A DNA stretch of 42,801 nucleotides, taken from an archaeon (lineage in GTDB: Archaea > Aenigmatarchaeota > Aenigmatarchaeia > GW2011-AR5). The notes under the pieces were generated by a model. That model was not told the DNA's origin. It did no database searches and worked only from the letters and a program-made list of their open reading frames with translations. Numbering within the stretch: position 1 is the stretch's first letter; each line of letters starts with the position of its first letter. The position numbers were made by a program, and so were the translations under genes. Location of the stretch: positions 1 to 42,801 of the forward strand of contig DATDXW010000039.1 in assembly GCA_035289125.1 (NCBI GenBank). The letters are read 5' to 3'. Shown piece after piece: positions 16,220 through 24,036 of this stretch.

Positions 16220-18220
16220 TCATAAACATTGCTCGTAATACACGTCGCTGCCGTAGTAGCTGTCCGTGACTCCGGGGCAGTTGTCCGTGGCAAAGCGGAC
16301 GCGGTCTATGGAAGAAACAGGCATACACATGCCGCCTGTATCATAAGGATACCACTTGGTTATCACCTTACCCGATGTATCCTCCACTTCCACCCGGAAT
16401 TCTGTGTTCGCCTTCGCGTTCTCGTAGCGGGTATAATACGAAGACGCGCCGTTCTGGTTCGTGGACTGGTTTACAAGACCGGTAGCGTTGAAGAGGCGCA
16501 CGAACATTATATTGGGATAAGTGACATTTATGTTCAGCGTTACGTTGAAAGAACGGTTAAACGACGAAACGCGCACTTCGTCTATCGTGCCATTGAATGC
16601 CAGCGTTTTGTTTACCGTGGCATTCACCCCGCCGATGAAAGAATTGCTCCCGAAGACGACCATGCCGCGGTTGGAAGACGAATTTACCAGATGGCTATCC
16701 AGATACAGCGATGCCGTGCTGTCATTGTATGTTCCTGCGACATTGTGCCATCCCGTCGTCCATGAAGATACGTCGTAGCCTGCCGAAGTGTTGCCTGCCG
16801 TAAACCGCATCGTGGTTCCCGTCTTGTGCAGGGAAAGCCCGCCGAGATAGCGGTCGCGGATTTCCTCGGGAGAGAGCGTCCTGTTGTATATGGCAACTTC
16901 GTCTATCGTGCCGTTCCAGAAGTATGCGCTATCTCCCGACTGCCCGCCCACAAACAGGTTGACGTCATTCCACATGGCATCTCCTGCCGTGTATGTAAGC
17001 GTTTCCCTGGGAATGCCGTCCTGATACGTTTTCCAGTTGGCGGAAGCCAGCGACTTGTCGTAAGTGACGGCTATGTGAACCCACCGGTTTAACGCGGACG
17101 TGTCGCCCCACAGCAAGCTAGTTGTACCCGGTGCCAGAAACCACTTTTTACTCGCGGCGTAATAACCAACGGCTAATCTGCCCTGTGCATAATAACTCTT
17201 GGAAATCCAGAAGCTCCATTTGTCCTGCTTTAGGTACACCCATCCCATGATTGTAAGGGTGCCGTTGATTTTCAGGCGTGCCGGATTCCCGAAATCGATG
17301 TATTGGTTGACACCATTTAAATCCCACCCCGTCCCGAACCTGCCGCTGTTCGTGAACGTCGGGCTGTTCGTGGCAGTGCCGGAGTTGCCGTAAGGCGACG
17401 AGTCTTTTACGCCGCTGGAACCCGTGCTGTTCTCCGAAAAGTGCGTCAGCAATACCAGCCCTGCATCCGTGTTGCTTATCTGCGACGGCGTGGCGAATAT
17501 TGTGTAGTTGTTTGAAGCGATATTCTTGTTCATGTTTATCCACGCTTCCACGGTGCCCGTGTTATTGCTAAAACTGCTGGAGGCAAGTTGCACGTAGTCG
17601 CCAGCACTATCAAATGTTATCGCCGAGCCGAACTTGCCGCTGCTGTTCCATGCGGGGCATTGTGCCGCGGCGCCCTGGCACACCGTACTGCCGTTGAACA
17701 GCGTTCCGGTTATACTTGAAGAATTGTCCGTGGCGTTTGTCCCGCTACTATAATCAAAGTGATAAAGCATCGTCGTGTTCGTGTCGTTGAAGTAAGCGGC
17801 ACGGGTGTCCATCGTTCCGACGGGCATGCGGGGCGACGCCCAAATCTGTATGGCATTGAAAGCTTCGTTCGTCGTGGAGCCGGCGCTCAGCGAGGAAGGA
17901 GTGCCGTAAAGGACGTGGGATATTCCGTTGCTTAACGTTATAATGATGTTTGACAGCGAAACGCTCTGCGAACCAGTGTTTTCTATGGACGCGTTCAGAG
18001 AGTAAGGCGAGCCTGTGAAACAGTTATAATTGCACGCAACCGAGACATTACGAACGTAGAAAGAAGCCATCTGGCACGCAAGCTTCGTGGTCGTCTGGTT
18101 CTTCAGCTCCTGCCCCTGACTCTGAAAGAGAGACGTCGCCCATCCTGATATGATGGAAGCCGTCGTGACAGTGATGATTATCATCAGTATGGCTATTATA
18201 AGCGGGTCTGCCCCCTTCAT
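16220..18220 (-). CDS. Type IV pilin-like protein with class III signal peptide and two LamG domains
   Basis: Start taken at MKG/ADPLIIAILMIIITVTTA (18220); the track ORF starts 28 codons earlier. LamG signatures ITFDSAGDYVQL, WNGTIDEVAIYNRTLSPEEI and FNGTIDEVRVSSF. Cys-containing tail. Confidence 0.8.
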   Translation of the reverse strand: MKGADPLIIAILMIIITVTTASIISGWATSLFQSQGQELKNQTTTKLACQMASFYVRNVSVACNYNCFTGSPYSLNASIENTGSQSVSLSNIIITLSNGISHVLYGTPSSLSAGSTTNEAFNAIQIWASPRMPVGTMDTRAAYFNDTNTTMLYHFDYSSGTNATDNSSSITGTLFNGSTVCQGAAAQCPAWNSSGKFGSAITFDSAGDYVQLASSSFSNNTGTVEAWINMNKNIASNNYTIFATPSQISNTDAGLVLLTHFSENSTGSSGVKDSSPYGNSGTATNSPTFTNSGRFGTGWDLNGVNQYIDFGNPARLKINGTLTIMGWVYLKQDKWSFWISKSYYAQGRLAVGYYAASKKWFLAPGTTSLLWGDTSALNRWVHIAVTYDKSLASANWKTYQDGIPRETLTYTAGDAMWNDVNLFVGGQSGDSAYFWNGTIDEVAIYNRTLSPEEIRDRYLGGLSLHKTGTTMRFTAGNTSAGYDVSSWTTGWHNVAGTYNDSTASLYLDSHLVNSSSNRGMVVFGSNSFIGGVNATVNKTLAFNGTIDEVRVSSFNRSFNVTLNINVTYPNIMFVRLFNATGLVNQSTNQNGASSYYTRYENAKANTEFRVEVEDTSGKVITKWYPYDTGGMCMPVSSIDRVRFATDNCPGVTDSYYGSDVYYEQCL

Positions 18221-18392
18221 GCTATTTCTTTCGCGGTGGCGGTATTTATTTGTGGAGTAAAGGCTAAAGACAGGGATTTCGGCAAGGCAATCTAGCTGGC
18301 GCACGTGAGGTTAACGAACCCGCCATGAAACAAAAAGATTCGCGATGCCCTTTTCGTCTCTACTCTCCCGTCGCAATGCCGCAAAACCAACC

Positions 18393-18400
18393 TTTTAAAT
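18393..18400 (+). promoter_or_regulatory. TATA-box-like element for lysS
   Basis: ttttaaat ends 21 nt upstream of the ATG at 18422, which fits a short or absent leader. Confidence 0.35.
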
Positions 18401-18421
18401 TTTGCCAAGCAAGACTAACGA

Positions 18422-19960
18422 ATGAGCGAACGGCTTGCCCAGACGCGGGAAGAAAAAATCAAGAAGCTGGAAGAGCTGCGGCGCGAGGGCGTCGAGCCGT
18501 TCGGCGCCAAAAAGTTCGTAAGAAGCCATAAGATTAAAGACATCGTGGATAAATTTTCCTCCCTGAACGTAGATGAACGCAGGGAAAACGAGAAGGTCTC
18601 GGTCGCCGGCAGGATACGCTCAATAAGGCGCCACGGCGGCGGCGGATTCGCCGACATTGAAGATGTTTCGGGAAAAATACAGTTATGGATTTCCACTGGC
18701 AACATCGGCGAGAAGAGCTATTCGATTTTTGAGAAAACGGACGCTGGCGACGTCGTGGGCGTTAGCGGCTACGTTTTCAAAACAAAACGCGGCGAGTTGA
18801 GCATCTGGGTGCAGAGCTTCACCCTGCTCAGCAAGGCACTGCGCCCTCTGCCGTCGTCATGGCACGGATTGAAAGATACGGAAACCCGTTATAGGCAGCG
18901 TTACGTTGACCTTATCATGAATCCGGGAGTCAAGAACACGTTCTTCACGCGCAGCAGGATAATCCAGGGAATGCGCGAGTTTTTGGTGGGCAGAGGCTAC
19001 TTGGAAGTGGAAACGCCCATCCTCCAGCCGATATACGGCGGCGCGTTCGCCCGCCCGTTCGTGACGCATCATAATTCGCTGGACATGAAGATGTACCTAA
19101 GAATTTCCAATGAAATGTACTTGAAGCGCCTCATAGTAGGCGGGCTTGAAAAGGTCTTTGAGTTCTCTCCGGATTTCAGGAACGAGGGAATAGACACGTC
19201 GCACAACCCCGAGTTTACGCTCTTGGAAGCGATGACCGCTTACGATGACTACAAGGACGGCATGGACCTCGTGGAGAATCTTATAGCGCACGCATTGAAG
19301 AAAGCGCTCGGCTCCGCGAAAGTAAAATATCAGGGAGTGGAAATTGATTTCAAAGTTCCTTGGAAACGGATTAAGATGGTGGACGCGATAAAGGAGCATC
19401 TCGGCATAGACGTCATGAAGAGCAGCGAACAGGAACTCCGAGATTACGTGAAGAAGCGCGGCATAGAAGTCAAGGACCGCGCTAAAAAGGGGGAGCTGAT
19501 GAATCTCGTGTTTGAGGAGTTCGTGGAATCAAAGCTTATCCAGCCGACGATTGTTTATGAGTATCCCGTCGAGATTTCCGCCCTTGCCAAGAAGTGCGAT
19601 GGGAATCCGGCGTTCACCGAACGCTTTGAGATGTTTATCTTTGGCAGGGAAGCCGGCAATAATTACACGGAAATCAACGACCCTCTGGAACTGAGAAAAA
19701 GGTTTGAAGAAGAGCTGAAGCGCGGCAAGGCGGGCGATGACGAGGCGCACCCGATGGACGAGGACTTCCTGCGTGCCGTTGAATACGGCATGCCCCCGAC
19801 CTGCGGCATAGGGATAGGCATTGACCGGCTCGTCATGATAGCCACGGATTCCCCGTCAATACGCGATGTTATTTTATTCCCTGCATTACGAATAACGAAA
19901 GAGGAACTGCACGGCGACGAGGATAAAGACAGAATTCTGAAGGTCAATAAAGGCAAGTAA
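18422..19960 (+). CDS. lysS: Lysyl-tRNA synthetase, class II
   Basis: 512 aa. OB-fold N-domain (VSVAGRIRSIRRHGG). Class II motifs FRNEGIDTSHNPEFTLLEAMTAY and GIGIGIDRLVM. Confidence 0.95.
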   Translation: MSERLAQTREEKIKKLEELRREGVEPFGAKKFVRSHKIKDIVDKFSSLNVDERRENEKVSVAGRIRSIRRHGGGGFADIEDVSGKIQLWISTGNIGEKSYSIFEKTDAGDVVGVSGYVFKTKRGELSIWVQSFTLLSKALRPLPSSWHGLKDTETRYRQRYVDLIMNPGVKNTFFTRSRIIQGMREFLVGRGYLEVETPILQPIYGGAFARPFVTHHNSLDMKMYLRISNEMYLKRLIVGGLEKVFEFSPDFRNEGIDTSHNPEFTLLEAMTAYDDYKDGMDLVENLIAHALKKALGSAKVKYQGVEIDFKVPWKRIKMVDAIKEHLGIDVMKSSEQELRDYVKKRGIEVKDRAKKGELMNLVFEEFVESKLIQPTIVYEYPVEISALAKKCDGNPAFTERFEMFIFGREAGNNYTEINDPLELRKRFEEELKRGKAGDDEAHPMDEDFLRAVEYGMPPTCGIGIGIDRLVMIATDSPSIRDVILFPALRITKEELHGDEDKDRILKVNKGK

Positions 19961-20197
19961 TGCGCGCGTTTTTTACCGCTCTTCAAACATTCCCAGACGG
20001 AACAAAAGAGTTCCCGTTCTCATTGGGTGTAACATGGAATATGTTATTAATGCCGCACAGAAGCTTGCATAACTTCCCACGGCACTGCCAGAGAACATAT
20101 AATCATCTCCAGCCGCGCGGCGTCCAGCTGCCTTTAAACACTGATAGTTATGCGCAAAGTTTCCGATGAACCCCATAATTACCTATTCGTGCAATCC

Positions 20198-20605
20198 TTA
20201 TAAAATTTTCGCCGCCTCCCTCAATGCGTTCTTCTGCGCACTGTGCTTCAGCTCTTTCATCGCCTCGCCGTAGGACACCCACTGGTGACCATCGTGCTCC
20301 TCACCCGTCTTCACGTCTCCCGAAGACGAGTCAACAACGAACACGCTCTGCATCGCGCCGCTGTACTGGGACGGGTGCCCGCCGGGATAATTATATTTTA
20401 TTATGTACGGCACGCGGGCGCGTATCGCCACGTTTTCCAGCCCTGTTTCTTCTTTTATTTCCCGCAGCAACGCGTCTTCCTCTTCCTCGCCCTTGTCTAT
20501 GCCGCCCTTGGGAAATTCCCAACCCTTCCAGTTGCGGACGCGGCGGAGAATCAGGAACTTTCCTTCTCTCATGATTATGGCGAGAACGCCTTTCCGAAGT
20601 GCCAT
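20198..20605 (-). CDS. Nudix hydrolase
   Basis: Nudix box GGIDKGEEEEDALLREIKEETGL. Confidence 0.85.
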   Translation of the reverse strand: MALRKGVLAIIMREGKFLILRRVRNWKGWEFPKGGIDKGEEEEDALLREIKEETGLENVAIRARVPYIIKYNYPGGHPSQYSGAMQSVFVVDSSSGDVKTGEEHDGHQWVSYGEAMKELKHSAQKNALREAAKIL

Positions 20606-20689
20606 AATAAAGTTATGCAGGGAATGTTATAAAATAATGAAAAGCGGGGGACGAATAGTGAAAATCTGCCACTTTCCTCTTAAAAATAC

Positions 20690-21739
20690 TTGCTTAAAAA
20701 GATGTTTGCAATATACTCTTCCATGTCAAGGGCATTGGATGACATGGTGATTATAACTTCTCCGCAAGCTGAAGCGTTTGCCAGAAGTATGTATGGTGCT
20801 TTGCTGAAAAAGGCCGGAAAAGGATACGACGGCATTCCATTCAGCACTATATCCGTAGAACCCTTCAATAACGGGGAGATTGGCGTTCAGATACCGCAGA
20901 ATCTTAGAAAGCGGGACGTCTACGTCGTGCACACATTTTCCAATGGCGGCGTATATGAGCCCAATACAAGCCTTATGGAATTGTATCTCATTGACGATGC
21001 TGTAAGGAGGGCTTCTGCCACTGAAATAACATATGTTCTTCCTCACATTCCATACCAGCGGCAGGACATGAAAGACAAGCCGCGGGTCCCGATAAGTGCC
21101 AGAAGGGTGATGGATATGCTTATTCTTTACAGCAACCCACCGACCCGCATAGTCACGTTTGACATGCATGCCGGCCAGATTCAGGGATTCAGCCAGTGCC
21201 CTGTGGACAATCTGGAGGCTCTTCCTCTGTTCTTGGAACATTTCAAAAGCGACGGATTCCCTCCCGATATTACAGTCGTTTCGCCTGATGCAGGAGGCGT
21301 CAAGCGAGCAAGGGCTATGGCGCATAAAATGGGCGCCGGTTTGGCGATAATAGACAAGCGCAGGCTCCCGCGGGACGAAGCGGAACCCATGGGATTGCTC
21401 GGGGAAGTCACACCAACAGCAATAATAGTGGACGATATGGTTGACAGCGGCGGGACGTTGCTAAAGGGGGCAAGCCTCCTTAGAGAGCACGGCGCCAAGG
21501 AAATATACGCGTGTTGCACGCATGCTATCCTAAGCCCTTCAAACGGGACAACCGCCGAAGAAAAATTTGCCAACTCCGGCATCAGACTGGTAGCAACGGA
21601 CACTGTGCCAAGAAGCGATGCTTATCTGGAAGCCAACAAGAGCTGGCTCACGATGCTGTCTGTTGCGGATATGGCAGGCGATGCCATCCACAGAATCCAA
21701 ACAGGAGCATCGGTAAGCGAATTGTTCCGGGGATATTGA
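20690..21739 (+). CDS. prs: Ribose-phosphate pyrophosphokinase (PRPP synthetase)
   Basis: FNNGEIGVQI, VSPDAGGVKRA and the PRPP-binding loop IIVDDMVDSGGT. The start may be one of the internal Met codons. Confidence 0.9.
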   Translation: MLKKMFAIYSSMSRALDDMVIITSPQAEAFARSMYGALLKKAGKGYDGIPFSTISVEPFNNGEIGVQIPQNLRKRDVYVVHTFSNGGVYEPNTSLMELYLIDDAVRRASATEITYVLPHIPYQRQDMKDKPRVPISARRVMDMLILYSNPPTRIVTFDMHAGQIQGFSQCPVDNLEALPLFLEHFKSDGFPPDITVVSPDAGGVKRARAMAHKMGAGLAIIDKRRLPRDEAEPMGLLGEVTPTAIIVDDMVDSGGTLLKGASLLREHGAKEIYACCTHAILSPSNGTTAEEKFANSGIRLVATDTVPRSDAYLEANKSWLTMLSVADMAGDAIHRIQTGASVSELFRGY

Positions 21740-21773
21740 TTTGCGAAAATGCGCGAAAAGAATCCGTTAACAC

Positions 21774-22343
21774 TCAATAAGGAGGGTTTGAAACGTGCTT
21801 ACTTAGTGTACCATCCTTCACGAACTGAGCTACGTTAAAGCCTACTGCCCTGTCGGCATCTCTCTGCCGTATAAGATGATACTGTATAAGCTCGTCATCA
21901 GAAACCGCAAGAACTTTAGAATATTGACCATCTATAACTCTCATCACATACTCAATAGTTTCGTGCGGTATATCTCCCGAATATGCCAGTGCAAGGCAAA
22001 AGCGTTCGCCAAGGTGGATGCAATCGCCGGGGGCGACACTTGCCACTGTATTCTTCCCTGTTCTCACAAGCCTATAATCATTGTTTCTGACCATCGCCAC
22101 TGCATTGGCAACGGCGGCTTTCTTCACAGGAACCGAGAATTGGGTGAATACGTCAACAACTTGCATTACCCTGACAGGCCCATACCAATCTATATGGGCA
22201 TCTTGTGTGAAATACCCGTCCATGATTGTTGAAACATCGTTATATAATGAAAATAATGGAGCGGACTCTTCGCCGTCTCGCAGTTGCCAAGGCAATAGCT
22301 GAAATTCCCTAACCCACGAACTGAACGTATGAGTTGGTATCAT
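21774..22343 (-). CDS. Hypothetical protein (189 aa), AT-rich
   Basis: Long ORF. ttataaatatc lies upstream on the minus strand. No family recognised. Confidence 0.5.
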   Translation of the reverse strand: MIPTHTFSSWVREFQLLPWQLRDGEESAPLFSLYNDVSTIMDGYFTQDAHIDWYGPVRVMQVVDVFTQFSVPVKKAAVANAVAMVRNNDYRLVRTGKNTVASVAPGDCIHLGERFCLALAYSGDIPHETIEYVMRVIDGQYSKVLAVSDDELIQYHLIRQRDADRAVGFNVAQFVKDGTLSKHVSNPPY

Positions 22344-22402
22344 TATATAATAATGGCATTTAGATATTTATAATCAATCATGCCATTCAAAGAAACAAAT
22401 AA

Positions 22403-22532
22403 TGCGAGGGGCAGGATTTGAACCTGCGAAGGCACTAAGCCACTAGGTATCTCCGAACACCGTCTGAGCCTAGTCCCATTGGTCGGACAGGTCGCCTAAG
22501 CCTAGTCCCATTGGCCGCTAGGGGACCCTCGC
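22403..22532 (-). tRNA. tRNA-Leu (type II) with about 46 nt of intron-like insertion and an internal 16-nt duplication; anticodon TAG, or CAG from the duplicated copy
   Basis: Minus strand: GCGAGGG..CCC-D loop-GGG, anticodon stem CTAGG/CCTAG, long variable arm TGGCTTAGTGCCTTC, T arm GCAGG-TTCAAAT-CCTGC, acceptor CCCTCGC, discriminator A. CCAATGGGACTAGGCT occurs twice. Confidence 0.75.
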
Positions 22533-23129
22533 TTCTGCGACTATATTCTTGGGGAAGACATTAAAAGCCTTTTCACTGCTGCCGCTTATTCTCTCCACGA
22601 TGAGCCCGTTTTCCCGCAAAAAGCTAGTCAACTCTTTTTTGTCGTAAAGATAGTAGTATCGCATGTGCTTCGCGCCGCCGTGATTCCACGGCACGACCGC
22701 TTCCCTTTCCGCTTTCTCAAAGCGCGGCTGTTCCCTGTTCCACACTGTAACGAGAATGCGCGCGCCGTTGCGCGCGGCGCGCGCGCACTCGCGCATGCAT
22801 TCGCTCCGTTTTTTCATCGTATGAAGCGAATTAACGAGCAGTATTTTTTCAAAAATGCGCGGCTTGAACGGCAGCGCCGCGGCATCGGCGCGGACGAGCA
22901 GCGCTTTTGCATTTTTCTTTTTCGCCTCGCCCCGCGCCGCTATGAGCATATTTCTGGAAAAATCCACGCCGACAAACGTTTTCCCTGCAACGAAATTCCT
23001 GCCCGAGCCGCAGCCAACGTCCAGAATAACGTCGCCGTCCTTGACAAATTCTTCAGCCTCCGGCAGTGCCCGCGTCCTGTACTGCGCCCACGACGGCGCT
23101 ATGCGTTCCCAGACTTCGCGCTGGTCCAT
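22518..23129 (-). CDS. Class I SAM-dependent methyltransferase
   Basis: 203 aa with SAM motif ILDVGCGSGRN. Its last 15 nt overlap the 5' end of the tRNA-Leu gene on the same strand. Confidence 0.8.
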   Translation of the reverse strand: MDQREVWERIAPSWAQYRTRALPEAEEFVKDGDVILDVGCGSGRNFVAGKTFVGVDFSRNMLIAARGEAKKKNAKALLVRADAAALPFKPRIFEKILLVNSLHTMKKRSECMRECARAARNGARILVTVWNREQPRFEKAEREAVVPWNHGGAKHMRYYYLYDKKELTSFLRENGLIVERISGSSEKAFNVFPKNIVAEARVP

Positions 23130-23145
23130 ACGAGTAAGTAAGAAG

Positions 23146-23222
23146 TAAAAACTTTAATTGCAGCTACCCGCTTCGTACAGTTGCGCGGATTCGTTTTCGG
23201 CTTTACTTGTTTATCGTTTAGC
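23146..23222 (+). repeat. Short copy of the MITE-like family, lacking the two palindromes
   Basis: ctacccgc...cgttttcggctttacttgtttatcgtttag matches the flanks of the 33000 and 34600 copies, with the roughly 63-nt double-palindrome block absent. Confidence 0.5.
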
Positions 23223-23236
23223 GTCTTACGAATGCA

Positions 23237-23773
23237 TCATCCGATAAACACCGTTATCGCCGGCCCGAACTGATAAGCAATCAATGCGTTGACTAAAAGA
23301 TACATAACAGCGCTGAACCAGTTTATCGGCTTGCCCAGCAACACGCCTTCCGAAAGCGCGTAACCCACGTCTTTAAGCAACGTTACAGCCACGGCGAGAT
23401 AGAGAAACGGCAACGTTGCGAACATGCCTGCCACGGCGCCGCCCAGCGCGTCCACGACGTTGTTGGGATGCGGCACAAAAAGCGGCCAGTCCGGCTGCTG
23501 CAGGGGCAGCAGCACGAACCGCATTGAATGAAGAAGCGGTATCACGACTATGCCGAAAATGAAAGCGGCTATCGGCCCGTACGCGATGCCGAGCATTAAC
23601 GTCGCCATCGTCGTCAGTTCTATTCCAAAATACTTCAGCGTATTTATTATCACGATTTTGTCTATCCATATCAGCACGTAAACCGCAGCCAGCACAAACC
23701 CGCCTATCAGGTAGAATAATCCTGCCCCGACAAGCAACGTCAACAGCAAAAGCAGAGCTTTGTTTATTTTCAT
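23237..23773 (-). CDS. Hypothetical polytopic membrane protein
   Basis: Start moved to MKINKALLLLLTLLVGAG (23773). Several hydrophobic spans. No family recognised. Confidence 0.5.
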   Translation of the reverse strand: MKINKALLLLLTLLVGAGLFYLIGGFVLAAVYVLIWIDKIVIINTLKYFGIELTTMATLMLGIAYGPIAAFIFGIVVIPLLHSMRFVLLPLQQPDWPLFVPHPNNVVDALGGAVAGMFATLPFLYLAVAVTLLKDVGYALSEGVLLGKPINWFSAVMYLLVNALIAYQFGPAITVFIG

Positions 23774-23808
23774 ATAACAAGAACATCTGGCGACAGGGTT
23801 AAAAACCA

Positions 23809-23900
23809 ATGCTCCCGGCGGGATTCGCCGGAGGACGTGCGTCCTCCGGAGGCGATGAAGACTCTGTCTTCATCGTGAACCTTCGGTTCAAATCCCGATA
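23809..23900 (-). other. Duplicate of the tRNA-Glu 3' end plus two perfect hairpins (tRNA-derived remnant)
   Basis: The 17-nt atgctcccggcgggatt occurs at 23809-23825 and at 23900-23916. Hairpins are ccggaggac-gtgc-gtcctccgg (23828-23849) and cgatgaagac-tct-gtcttcatcg (23853-23875). An inverted T-arm-like ggttcaaatcc lies at 23885. Confidence 0.5.
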
Positions 23901-23988
23901 TGCTCCCGGCGGGATTTGAACCCGCGTCACAAGCTTGAGAAGCTCGTATCCTTTCGACTTATGATGGGCCGGGCTAGACGACAGGAGC
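23901..23988 (-). tRNA. tRNA-Glu (CTC) with about 13 extra nt in the D-loop region
   Basis: Acceptor GCTCCTG/CGGGAGC. Anticodon arm CGAGC-TTCTCAA-GCTTG. T arm GCGGG-TTCAAAT-CCCGC. Discriminator A. 88 nt, versus a typical length of about 75. Confidence 0.8.
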
Positions 23989-24036
23989 CTATCCAACGAT
24001 AAGTGGGAATTCAATATTTAAGCTTTCTTTTCTCTG

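Noticed and set aside
23881-23900. Plus-strand T-arm-like ggttcaaatccc as a separate plus-strand tRNA gene
   Set aside because: The flanking stem pairs poorly (TTCGG versus CCCGA). No acceptor, D or anticodon arms can be built upstream. I treated it as a tRNA-derived fragment.
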